Positions 35,508-44,577 of a stretch of 64,000 nucleotides of DNA are shown piece by piece. Location: IMG/VR virus record IMGVR_UViG_3300017705_000602. One strand, written 5' to 3'. Position 1 is the first letter of the stretch; each line of letters starts with the position of its first letter. A model generated the notes under the pieces. It had not been told where the DNA came from, searched no databases, and saw only the letters and a list, made by a program, of their open reading frames with translations. Source of the DNA: a virus. Its lineage: Duplodnaviria > Heunggongvirae > Uroviricota > Caudoviricetes. A program made the position numbers and the translations under genes.

Positions 35508-36050
35508 ATGAAACCATGGCACATCGTTTTACTGGTAATCGGGCTAATTGTAGTCGGGTTAGTAGGTTCTTTTATTAGTACATACAATTACGGAGTACGA
35601 GCAGAACAAGGCATCAAGTCCGCCTGGGAAAACAACGAAAACATTTTGGGTCAGTATTCACTCAAGGTAAAAGAAACTGCAAAAGTTTCTGACAAGTACA
35701 GTGGTGCAATTTCTCAATATGTAAGAGACACCATGACAGGTCGTTATGGCGAAAGTGGCTCGCAAGCACAAATGCAATGGATACAAGAAAACATTCCGGA
35801 TTTTGATGCAAGCATGTACAAACAAATACAGCAAATTATCGAAGCCGGACGTACCAAGTTCGAAAATGCTCAAACAGAACTAGTCGATCGCAAGCGTGCT
35901 TACGAAATTGAACTGAACAGTTTGTGGAGCGGTGCAATGCTTGGGTTAGCAGGTTATCCGAAAATCAACTTAGACGATTATAAAATTATAACATCCGAGC
36001 ATGCTAAAGAAACATTCGAATCCGGTGTTGACAAAGGTGTAGAATTTTAA
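35508..36050 (+). CDS. LemA-family protein
   Basis: N-terminal TM MKPWHIVLLVIGLIVVGLVGSF then helical domain of LemA-like size; AAGGAGC RBS. Confidence 0.5.
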   Translation: MKPWHIVLLVIGLIVVGLVGSFISTYNYGVRAEQGIKSAWENNENILGQYSLKVKETAKVSDKYSGAISQYVRDTMTGRYGESGSQAQMQWIQENIPDFDASMYKQIQQIIEAGRTKFENAQTELVDRKRAYEIELNSLWSGAMLGLAGYPKINLDDYKIITSEHAKETFESGVDKGVEF

Positions 36051-36062
36051 TTTAACAGTTTC

Positions 36063-36090
36063 AAAAAGCCCGCAGTGTGCGGGCTTTTTT
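36063..36090 (+). terminator. rho-independent terminator
   Basis: hairpin aaaaagcccgc-agtgt-gcgggctttttt. Confidence 0.75.
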
Positions 36091-36140
36091 GTGAGCATAT
36101 ACCCACGAATAAATAGTAAAATACATAATCGGAAGGGTAT

Positions 36141-36764
36141 ATGAAAGTTTTACACAAGCAAGACATTTTTGATAGTAATCCATATTTAACTGAATCGGTA
36201 GCTGACGATTTTTACAACAACACGTTTGAATACTTTGATAAAGACGGGTTTGACCTAAACCATTTTGAAGCAGGTTTATACAAGCACAACAATGTATTAG
36301 TTCAGCCTTTGCTGAATCGTAATGCAAATCACTATAAATGGTTTGAGCATAAATTTACCGGAAAAGGCATACATTTAGACCATTCTTTGCTGATGTGTCG
36401 TAGAGCTTACTCAGATACATTAGCTGAGCAAATCCGCCATAAATCGCAGGAAAATCCACTGTTAAACAAGCTTTTAATGCTACGACCAAAGTGGGGCATA
36501 GACGTAAACATTGAGTTTGTGTTTGATGACGACACCATAATCGAAGTATTTCATCACGAGTCAGATTACTTTGAGTACGAAGAATACCTCAACAATAAGC
36601 ATAAACTTGAACAGTTTGTTGCGGACACAGATTTTGCAGATGCCGCCCACAATTTACTTCGAGACTCACACTTGTGGAGAAACATGTGCGGCGACGATCA
36701 GACCGACTACAAGGCTAGATACTTTGGGTTCAACCGTGCATATACTACACAAAAAGTTATTTGA
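36141..36764 (+). CDS. hypothetical protein
   Basis: 207-aa ORF with GGAAGGGTATATG RBS. Confidence 0.5.
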   Translation: MKVLHKQDIFDSNPYLTESVADDFYNNTFEYFDKDGFDLNHFEAGLYKHNNVLVQPLLNRNANHYKWFEHKFTGKGIHLDHSLLMCRRAYSDTLAEQIRHKSQENPLLNKLLMLRPKWGIDVNIEFVFDDDTIIEVFHHESDYFEYEEYLNNKHKLEQFVADTDFADAAHNLLRDSHLWRNMCGDDQTDYKARYFGFNRAYTTQKVI

Positions 36765-36820
36765 TAAAGCTGTTATCTGTGCTACAATAACATGTGATCA
36801 ACTATTATAAGGCGCACACT

Positions 36821-37834
36821 ATGTACCGTATCGGCTTTGCATGCAAATTTACGCATCACGACCAGAGTTTAAAAAAGAAGAAACTCGAAGAAATCGAACG
36901 TCCGTATCGTCCTCGCATAACCACAGCACGCTGGCTCGATCAGCAAGATCAGCATGTGGCTGAACAGCGACTTAAAGATTTGATTACTCACAACGTCGAA
37001 GCAACTGCGCGACTGGTTGCATGGGTCGGTCAGTACGAACGCGAGCTTCGTATGTTGCGTATTGGTAGCGACTTATTGCCCATGTACACACATCCAAAGT
37101 GGAAGAATTTCTACACCGACAACCCATCTTTTATGGCCGGCATACAAGAACAGTTTAGACGCATCGGCATTGTTGCTCGCGAAAAAGATGTGCGCCTTTC
37201 GTTTCATCCGGGTCAGTTTACTGTGCTTGCTAGCGACAGACCAGAAGTTGTTGAGAACTCAATTGAAGAATTCGAGTACCATGCAGACATGCTACGCTGG
37301 ATGGGGTACGGTCGTACATTCCAAGATGCCAAGTGCAACGTACACATCAGCGGCAAGCTAGGTCCACAAGGCATTATCGATATACTGCCGCGTCTCAGCG
37401 AAGTTGCTCGCAATGTGATCACAATCGAGAATGACGAAATGTCATACGGTCTTGATGCATCGCTTGAGCTAGCTGATCATCTAGCTCTTGTCATAGATTG
37501 CCATCATCACTGGGTACGCACAGGCGAATACTTACAGCCCGACGACGAGCGTGTTAAGGCAGTTATTGCGTCATGGCGCGGCAAGCGACCGACTATGCAC
37601 TATTCATTATCACGCGAGGACTTGCTGGTCGATCATTGCCGTGATACTAAACCCGACATGGATAAATTACTCGAGCAAGGTTACAAAAAACAAAAGTTGC
37701 GTGCTCACTCCGACTACATGTGGAATCGAGAATGCAACAAGTGGGCAGCCGGCTTCTTAGGTAACTTCGATATCATGGTCGAGTCCAAGGCTAAGAATTT
37801 GGCATCGTTTAAGTTGTACAACGAGATTAAATGA
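36821..37834 (+). CDS. UV DNA damage endonuclease (UvdE/UVDE family)
   Basis: MYRIGFACKF, RMLRIGSDLLP, ITIENDE, IDCHHH match UVDE conserved blocks. Confidence 0.75.
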   Translation: MYRIGFACKFTHHDQSLKKKKLEEIERPYRPRITTARWLDQQDQHVAEQRLKDLITHNVEATARLVAWVGQYERELRMLRIGSDLLPMYTHPKWKNFYTDNPSFMAGIQEQFRRIGIVAREKDVRLSFHPGQFTVLASDRPEVVENSIEEFEYHADMLRWMGYGRTFQDAKCNVHISGKLGPQGIIDILPRLSEVARNVITIENDEMSYGLDASLELADHLALVIDCHHHWVRTGEYLQPDDERVKAVIASWRGKRPTMHYSLSREDLLVDHCRDTKPDMDKLLEQGYKKQKLRAHSDYMWNRECNKWAAGFLGNFDIMVESKAKNLASFKLYNEIK

Positions 37835-38688
37835 TTACAGAAAAACACTTTTGGGTCTCCGACTTTAACCGTGCGTCGAATTATGCAAAGCAATATCCTG
37901 ACATTAGCAAGATATTCGATTACCCAAGCGCAACATGGTTAACCGGTAGATCCAAATACAAAAAAATTATCGATAGATCTATTAAGCGTACTTTACGTAG
38001 AGCCGCTCCTTATTTGCCTACGTTTGTGCTTTATGCAATACCAAATAGAGATCTGGGGCATCATTCTGCAGGCGGTCTTGCATCTGACGAAGAATACTTT
38101 CAGTTTGTTAAACGTATTGCACAAGGCATCGGGAATAAAAGTCCTGTGGTGATCGTTGAACCGGATGCATTACCACATTCAACATTGCTTGACAACAAGC
38201 AACAAAAGCACAGAATTTCGCTTATTAAAAAAGCTGTAAAAATTCTAGCTAACAATTGTGATGCAATTGTTTACATTGACATTGGTCATTCCAATTGGTT
38301 ATCACCATCGGATTCGTACGACTTGTTAATGCAAGCAGGAATTGCACAAGCAAGAGGATTTTCAGTTAACGTGTCCAATTATCAATCAACGCACGATTCG
38401 TTGTTGTGGGGCACCAGAATTGCAAGCGGGTTCGAAGACGAAAAATACTTTATTGTTGACACCAGCCGAAACGGACAAGGTCCGCTTGACGACTGCTGGT
38501 GCAATCCGCCAGGCAGAGGCTTAGGTGAAACACCAACGCATGAAACACCTAGTCGCTTTTGTGATGCGTACATGTGGATTAAAGTTCCGGGTGAGTCAGA
38601 CGGCAAATGCAACGGTGGACCTCATGCAGGGAAATTTTGGCCTGAGCAAGCAGTTGAACTTGTGCAGAACTCTCCGTTTATTCGATAA
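37831..38688 (+). CDS. glycoside hydrolase family 6-like protein (cellulase/cellobiohydrolase fold), no signal peptide
   Basis: GH6 blocks VLYAIPNRDLGHHSAGG, VIVEPDAL, IDIGHSNWL, NVSNY, VDTSRNG, CDAYMWIKVPGESDG; ATGA-coupled to uvdE. Confidence 0.7.
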   Translation: MITEKHFWVSDFNRASNYAKQYPDISKIFDYPSATWLTGRSKYKKIIDRSIKRTLRRAAPYLPTFVLYAIPNRDLGHHSAGGLASDEEYFQFVKRIAQGIGNKSPVVIVEPDALPHSTLLDNKQQKHRISLIKKAVKILANNCDAIVYIDIGHSNWLSPSDSYDLLMQAGIAQARGFSVNVSNYQSTHDSLLWGTRIASGFEDEKYFIVDTSRNGQGPLDDCWCNPPGRGLGETPTHETPSRFCDAYMWIKVPGESDGKCNGGPHAGKFWPEQAVELVQNSPFIR

Positions 38689-38722
38689 ACACAGCACTTG
38701 AATTAAAAAAGGAAGATTCGTT

Positions 38723-38884
38723 ATGCAATGCCCTGAGTGCAATAGCAACCTAGAAGAAGATGACGAAATCGATACTTCGGTCATTGACGCTGATAGCTGC
38801 CAGATAAACTTTAAGTGTATCAACGAAGATTGTGCAAAACATTTTTGTGTTGAATTCTCTCCTATTGATATAACCGAAATTTAA
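38723..38884 (+). CDS. small zinc-ribbon protein (53 aa)
   Basis: AAGGAAG RBS; CPEC...C..C..C pattern. Confidence 0.4.
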   Translation: MQCPECNSNLEEDDEIDTSVIDADSCQINFKCINEDCAKHFCVEFSPIDITEI

Positions 38885-38955
38885 TCTGCTAGACTAGACA
38901 AAATATTTCTTTTGTTGTATACTGTGTACATGTTAAACGTGTAAGGCAGTAAAAC

Positions 38956-39141
38956 ATGAGCGAAACATGTAAAGTGTGTAAATTTCATCACACGCACACC
39001 ACTGAGCAAATATCAGGGCATTGTACTAAATGGCAAGAGTGGAAAGAATACCACCCGTGCTCACAGTATTGGCCTCGCCCTGTTGAAGACACTGCTGAAG
39101 AAAATTTATTAGACAATCAGACTCATCGGTTTCGGTGTTAG
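38956..39141 (+). CDS. small Cys/His-rich protein
   Basis: 61-aa ORF CKVCKFHHTH...C..C. Confidence 0.4.
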   Translation: MSETCKVCKFHHTHTTEQISGHCTKWQEWKEYHPCSQYWPRPVEDTAEENLLDNQTHRFRC

Positions 39142-39150
39142 GAGTTTATT

Positions 39151-39531
39151 ATGTCCTTTATACAAGGTGACAACAAATATCGTCCGCGATCTAAAAAAGA
39201 GAAACTGCGCCTGCAAGAACAGCGCAAACGAGAACTGGCTGCCAAACGAGAGCGGCAACAACATTCGCAACAAGCAGGTTCAAGTTTTACACCGAACTAC
39301 GATTATCCTCGGCGTAATCAGCATGTGACCATTTCAAGTCGCAGTACACAGTCGACACCTGCACCACAAGCGCAACCACAGCCAGAGTATTCCGAAGAAA
39401 TGCTCGAGCGTGAGCGTTTAGCACAAGCAGAAGCCAATCGTCGCAAAAACTGTATTGCACCGGCATTCAACAAGGGTCCGTACCAGTATGTCGGTTCCGT
39501 CGAAGAGGCAAAGTTAATTGGACGCAGTTAA
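39151..39531 (+). CDS. hypothetical basic Gln-rich protein
   Basis: 126-aa ORF, GGAG RBS. Confidence 0.5.
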   Translation: MSFIQGDNKYRPRSKKEKLRLQEQRKRELAAKRERQQHSQQAGSSFTPNYDYPRRNQHVTISSRSTQSTPAPQAQPQPEYSEEMLERERLAQAEANRRKNCIAPAFNKGPYQYVGSVEEAKLIGRS

Positions 39532-39647
39532 ATCGCAAAGCTTGTATGTTAAAACTCTCAAGTGGCTAAGTAATGTTGAGCTACACGAAATTATACAGTC
39601 GGGCAAGTATTGCTCGGCTACCAAAAAGCGTGCAAGCAGTATTTTGC

Positions 39648-39917
39648 ATGAACGAGGAGTTTATGGGTAGAGCGAAACGTGGAAAGAACATTGGGTTTGT
39701 TAAAGAAGTTGCAAAAAAGAAACCTGCGTTACAACATGTTCTTGACAACCTTGATTTGCTTTCGTTAGAAGAAATTCGAGCAAGTAAGATTCCCGGATGG
39801 ACCAAACAAGTTCTTGAACAAGAAAAAGACTTGCTAGAAAAAAGAAGAGGATGCATTTCTGTAGAAGAAATTGCAAAGCGAATGAACGAATATTCGCAAA
39901 ATAAAACAAAGGAATGA
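39648..39917 (+). CDS. hypothetical protein
   Basis: ORF in frame with 39573; start at ATG 39648 (GAGGAG upstream) preferred; antisense 39581..40090 judged spurious. Confidence 0.4.
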   Translation: MNEEFMGRAKRGKNIGFVKEVAKKKPALQHVLDNLDLLSLEEIRASKIPGWTKQVLEQEKDLLEKRRGCISVEEIAKRMNEYSQNKTKE

Positions 39918-39920
39918 ATT

Positions 39921-40304
39921 ATGTCAGGATTATTTTCTGTACCTATCGACTTGCGCGTTAGCATGTCAAATATCGAAACCTTGCAAATATTAACCGACAT
40001 GTACTTTAAAGGTGTGCTTGAAGGAAAAGCAACAATTGCAATCACTGCTAGTGGTGCATGTCTGTTGTTTACTGACCCTAAAGACGTCACTTATGTCGAG
40101 CTCGATAATGCTATAATTAATGAATATTGTCAGTCTGTAACTGCATTGCAACGCCAGCTATCCGCTGTAAGTTTTACATCGCAAGACCACACTCATACAT
40201 TAAACGGTTATTTTCACAACGGCACCAGCATTGCAACAAACTCGATAAGCAATGCCACTATAGCACCAGGTTCTTGGTCAAACAATTCGTCGGGTACTGC
40301 TTAG
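39921..40304 (+). CDS. hypothetical protein
   Basis: 127-aa ORF, AAGGAATGAATTATG context. Confidence 0.5.
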   Translation: MSGLFSVPIDLRVSMSNIETLQILTDMYFKGVLEGKATIAITASGACLLFTDPKDVTYVELDNAIINEYCQSVTALQRQLSAVSFTSQDHTHTLNGYFHNGTSIATNSISNATIAPGSWSNNSSGTA

Positions 40305-40313
40305 GAGCATAAC

Positions 40314-41036
40314 ATGCAAGTCGGCGATACTAGGTCGTTGATTTTTGACCTTGACGGTACTTTGTGCGAAAGCACAAAATGTTTGCTCCCCGAAATGCAA
40401 CACATGCTAAAGTTGTTATCTCAGGATTATGATATCTGGGTAACAACCGGAACATCGCATCAAAAGCTGTTAACGCAAATTCCAGCTGATGTATTGTCCT
40501 GTTTAACTGGTGTGTATTGCAGTTTAGGAACCGAGTACTACAACAACGGACAGCTGGTGTCAAGATTGGATGCTGAGTTTTCACAAAGTCTCCTACTTGA
40601 ACTCCAAGCTGTGTTTGAAGCATGCGAGTTTGCACACAAACACGAGTGCGCAATAACGTATAGGAATGCCATGATAAACTTCTCGGTGTTAACTCCGGGT
40701 TCATCGGACACATTGAGAAAACAGTTTGCAACGTGGGACCACGAAACCAACTTTAGGAATCGTATTGTGATGCATTTAAAAAACATGTATCCGCAGTACA
40801 ACTTTGCGGCAGGCGGCATGGTCAGCATTGATATTACACAGACCGGAGTTGACAAATCTGTTATTGTTGATAACGAAAAGTTAAAAACGGACGTGATATT
40901 CTTTGGTGATAAAGCCGAACCGTTGGGTAATGATTATCCGGTTGCTCAAGCAATAGTTGAGCGCAAGATAGGCAAGTACTACTGTGTTGAATCTCCTGAG
41001 CATACATTAAGTTTACTCAAAAAAATACGCGCCTAG
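40314..41036 (+). CDS. eukaryotic-type phosphomannomutase (HAD superfamily, PMM family)
   Basis: DxDGT motif LIFDLDGTL; YRNAMINFSVLTPGSS, VSIDITQTGVDKS and IFFGDKAEPLGNDYP align with PMM blocks FRNGMLNVSPIGRS / ISFDVFPEGWDK / IHFFGNETSPGGNDF. Confidence 0.75.
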   Translation: MQVGDTRSLIFDLDGTLCESTKCLLPEMQHMLKLLSQDYDIWVTTGTSHQKLLTQIPADVLSCLTGVYCSLGTEYYNNGQLVSRLDAEFSQSLLLELQAVFEACEFAHKHECAITYRNAMINFSVLTPGSSDTLRKQFATWDHETNFRNRIVMHLKNMYPQYNFAAGGMVSIDITQTGVDKSVIVDNEKLKTDVIFFGDKAEPLGNDYPVAQAIVERKIGKYYCVESPEHTLSLLKKIRA

Positions 41037-41047
41037 TGCGCGTATTT
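41027..41047. terminator. bidirectional terminator between convergent genes
   Basis: palindrome tacgcgc-ctagt-gcgcgta flanked by A- and T-runs. Confidence 0.55.
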
Positions 41048-41071
41048 TTGTTTGTGCAAAACCTAAAAGGT

Positions 41072-41701
41072 TTAAGCGTTTGCGTCTTCTGGAGACTCAA
41101 TTGTAACAGTTGGTGCAGTAGTGTAACCTGTACCGCCTGTGTCAACAGTGATTGCAGTTACGGCACCGCCACTAACTGTAGCAGTAGCAGTTGCACCGGT
41201 TCCGTTGCCATCAATAGTAACAGTTGGTACGCCAATATAACCTTCACCAGCCACATCTACTGTGATTGCATCGACTGCGCCAGTATCAATTGTGGCTGTA
41301 GCGGTAGCAGTTACAAACGATACGTTAGCATCGTCGATTACATCGGCTTGCCCGGCTTCACTAGCCGCGTCAGCACTCCATGAATACGATGAATACTCTG
41401 TTGCAGAATCAAACACTGAAACTCGATACTGAGTAAGCTTGTAAACAGGTTGTGCAGAACCATTGAATGGTGTTGCTAGTATAAATGCTTCACCTTCTGC
41501 TAGGTCTCCCGCAGTATCTTTGTTTACTAAGAAAACATCGCCGATTGTGCCGTTAATGTTTACTTTGTATTTGCGAGTACCTGTTTGTTCAGTTATAAAG
41601 CCTTCGGCCACTGCTTCGCCAGGTAATTTTGCTGTAATTTTTAATTGTGAACCTACGCTAAGTGGATCCCCGAAAAACTTTTGCTTGATCGGTCTTCCCA
41701 T
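41072..41701 (-). CDS. repeat-containing putative structural protein (minus strand)
   Basis: 209 aa; tandem repeats G-A-V-x-A-I-T-V-D...G-Y-x-x-x-P-T-V-T-I; Gly/Thr/Ala/Val-rich. Confidence 0.55.
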   Translation of the reverse strand: MGRPIKQKFFGDPLSVGSQLKITAKLPGEAVAEGFITEQTGTRKYKVNINGTIGDVFLVNKDTAGDLAEGEAFILATPFNGSAQPVYKLTQYRVSVFDSATEYSSYSWSADAASEAGQADVIDDANVSFVTATATATIDTGAVDAITVDVAGEGYIGVPTVTIDGNGTGATATATVSGGAVTAITVDTGGTGYTTAPTVTIESPEDANA

Positions 41702-41821
41702 TTTTATTCTCCTTAATAATGGCTAGTGGTCGCCCTTGCAGGCTTACTAGGCAAGTCTTTTGCTTGCAGAAGTATTTATCATATGTTACTATGTATACAG
41801 TATCATTTGTAGGAGTCAGTT

Positions 41822-42088
41822 ATGGAACAGCACGAAATAATTTCTGAGATTACCAAGTCCGTTACCGAGGGCATAGAGAGACGCCGCCGCAATGCAGGTT
41901 TTTCAGGCATGCATGGCGACAACGGTGCGTCACAATCCGAACGTGAACTAAATTGCTGGCTAGACGGCATACAATTTGCAAAAACTGGTAAAACTGAAAC
42001 TTACAAAGATCTGTTGCAAAAATTAGAAAACGAACGCGACCCTGATTATCAAGAGTATCAACGTCTCAAACAAAAATTTGAAAAATAG
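41822..42088 (+). CDS. hypothetical protein
   Basis: 88-aa ORF, GGAG RBS. Confidence 0.5.
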   Translation: MEQHEIISEITKSVTEGIERRRRNAGFSGMHGDNGASQSERELNCWLDGIQFAKTGKTETYKDLLQKLENERDPDYQEYQRLKQKFEK

Positions 42089-42147
42089 TTTGACATTTGT
42101 GCCATTCAGTCATAAGCTGAGTACATCGTTAAAAACAAGGAACAGCA

Positions 42148-44577
42148 ATGAAGCTAAAGCATACCACTGCCGCAGTTGAAACAAACAACGTAACCGAAGG
42201 CAACACGTTCGGCATTAAAAGCTCACCAAAAACATTTGCAATATTGTCAAGCGGTTTGTACTCAGACAAGATTCTTGCAGTGGTACGTGAACTGTCATGT
42301 AATGCATACGATTCCCACACTGAACGCAACAATGCAATAGACGCCGGCAAAGCATCTAAATTTACAGCACCGCGTGACAAAAACATAGTTGTACATTTTC
42401 CAACTGCGTTTGACCCGTTTTTTAGTGTTCGTGATTTTGGCATTGGCTTAACGCCCGAAGAAGTTGAAAATGTTTACACTGTTTACTTTGAGTCAACCAA
42501 ACAAGATTCAAACGATTATGTTGGCGCACTAGGGCTTGGCTCTAAGTCTCCATTTTCGTATGCAAAATCATTTAACGTGATTGCAACCAAGCACGGGCAT
42601 CGTGTAATTTACACCATGTTCATAAACTCAAACGGCATTCCACAACCTGCTATTCTTGACCAAGGTCCAGTTGAAAGTTTTTACATGGACGACGAAGAAA
42701 TTCCCGAAGAAGAGTTTTATGATGGTGTTGAAGTTAAAGTGCCAGCCGAAGCAAATGACGCTTATTCTTTTTGCGATGCAGCCGAAAGCATTTACCGATA
42801 CTTTGCGCAGTGTCCCGAGTTAAAAAATTACACAGGCAACACAATCAAGTATTACAAAGACAATGTTGAAGAATTTGTTAGCGGAATATACATTGCTGAT
42901 CGAGGGTATAACAGAAATCAATATGCTGTTCAGGGCAATGTTGCTTATCCAATTGCACTCAAGGAAAATGACTTTAAACGTGCAGTCAAAGATATCGAAA
43001 AGTTCGATGATCAAGACCGTCCGAGCGAAACACTGTCCGAAGAGACCATCGACGAACTGTGGAATTTTTATCGTAATGTGTTTGTCAACTACATGTTTTA
43101 TGTGCATTTTGAAATAGGCGAGCTTGATGTTGCCGCTAGCCGCGAAGAACTGAGCTATGATGCTAGTACCATCATGGCAATAATTGTACAAATAAAGCGA
43201 ATATACGATTGCATCGAAAGCAAGTTTGACGAACACATGGAAAAGCTCGAAAGCAAATGGGACAAGGCACACGAGCTGTATCGCATTGGCAGTTATCATC
43301 ACACATACGATATGTCAGCAACCGACAAGCTGTTTCGAAACACGAAGTCGTATAAACCATACATAAAAGGTAATCATATACCGCAAATACAGTTGTCAGC
43401 CAACGACAGTCATGTACAATATAATCGCGATTATGTTACATTCGAGATACCAAAAGATGCCGATTTTAACATACGTGTGTGCGGAAGGTCTTCGTTCAAG
43501 CGATTCTCGCGTGTGTGGCACAACGAAACCAACCCTATGAAGATTTCAGGGCTGGTACAAGACAATCGTGTAGAAGCAATGAGCAACTTAGTACAGATCA
43601 TAGTAAATGATACTGCGCGAGGCGGTGCAACATTTGCTAAAGCGTACTTTAGTGATATATCTACAAAAAATCAGTGCGTGTTCATTGAGCCTGACAAGTT
43701 AGGCAATACTGCTGAGATATCAGCATTTGTTGACAAAATAAATGCTAAGATGGACAACCCAGGTCTTAGCATTGTGTACTTGTCCAAAGTAAAAGAAGAA
43801 CACCCTGATCTTACCAAGCGCACAGTAAGACCGAAATCCAATATCGGGTACTATGAAATTGGCGATGGATTTTCTGCAGTGTATGCAATTCGTAATTCGA
43901 TACCGGAGCGGTTCGAAACCGACACAATTGTATATATTCCGTTTAAGCAACAAAAGCCAACTTCGGATAACAACGACTTTTCAAATTTAAGTTCGTTAGG
44001 AGACCGCCCAGATTCGTTCGCAAACATACATCAGGTTACGCTGGCATTGCAGAAAATTGCCCATTACACAGGCGAAAAAATGCCAACTGTAGTCGGGCTC
44101 AATCAAAACATGCTTAGACAAGTCGGCGATTACGATAATTGGATACCGGCTAACGAATATATCGAACAGCAATTTCACAAGCAGTTTGGTAAGCAGTCAC
44201 AGCGAGACAAGATTGTCAAGCAGTTAACTGGCAAGCTGAGAACAAACGCAATTGTCGATAATGTTGAATGGCCTTTTTGTACTGACACTACAAGAAAAAT
44301 AGCCGAGCAGTTATCACAAACACCCGAGCTTGCTGAAGTTTGTGACATAATTAACTTACTAATCAGCGGCAACGTAACTACTACACATCTCGAAGACTTA
44401 TACTCTATGTTTTACGAAGTCCCTGGTGTTGATTATGATGCCGAATGGTTTAATAGTAAATTTTCAATACTGTCACTGGTCGAAAATGAACGATCGTGGT
44501 GCAAAATTGATAACGAAGACGTGACCAAGGTAGTAAACTACATTAAAACATGCACACTAAACGGAGAAAGCAAATGA
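42148..44577 (+). CDS. rIIA: rIIA protector-from-prophage-exclusion protein (GHKL ATPase-like N-terminus)
   Basis: N-terminal AILSSGLYSDKILAVVRELSCNAYDS matches T4 rIIA FQILSENLYKDKHGSIVREVVANAVDAS; 809 aa; followed by rIIB. Confidence 0.8.
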   Translation: MKLKHTTAAVETNNVTEGNTFGIKSSPKTFAILSSGLYSDKILAVVRELSCNAYDSHTERNNAIDAGKASKFTAPRDKNIVVHFPTAFDPFFSVRDFGIGLTPEEVENVYTVYFESTKQDSNDYVGALGLGSKSPFSYAKSFNVIATKHGHRVIYTMFINSNGIPQPAILDQGPVESFYMDDEEIPEEEFYDGVEVKVPAEANDAYSFCDAAESIYRYFAQCPELKNYTGNTIKYYKDNVEEFVSGIYIADRGYNRNQYAVQGNVAYPIALKENDFKRAVKDIEKFDDQDRPSETLSEETIDELWNFYRNVFVNYMFYVHFEIGELDVAASREELSYDASTIMAIIVQIKRIYDCIESKFDEHMEKLESKWDKAHELYRIGSYHHTYDMSATDKLFRNTKSYKPYIKGNHIPQIQLSANDSHVQYNRDYVTFEIPKDADFNIRVCGRSSFKRFSRVWHNETNPMKISGLVQDNRVEAMSNLVQIIVNDTARGGATFAKAYFSDISTKNQCVFIEPDKLGNTAEISAFVDKINAKMDNPGLSIVYLSKVKEEHPDLTKRTVRPKSNIGYYEIGDGFSAVYAIRNSIPERFETDTIVYIPFKQQKPTSDNNDFSNLSSLGDRPDSFANIHQVTLALQKIAHYTGEKMPTVVGLNQNMLRQVGDYDNWIPANEYIEQQFHKQFGKQSQRDKIVKQLTGKLRTNAIVDNVEWPFCTDTTRKIAEQLSQTPELAEVCDIINLLISGNVTTTHLEDLYSMFYEVPGVDYDAEWFNSKFSILSLVENERSWCKIDNEDVTKVVNYIKTCTLNGESK

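Noticed and set aside
39581-40090. 169-aa minus-strand ORF
   Set aside because: It is antisense to two RBS-preceded + strand ORFs and lacks start context.
42820-43302. 160-aa minus-strand ORF
   Set aside because: It is inside rIIA, whose homology fixes the + strand.
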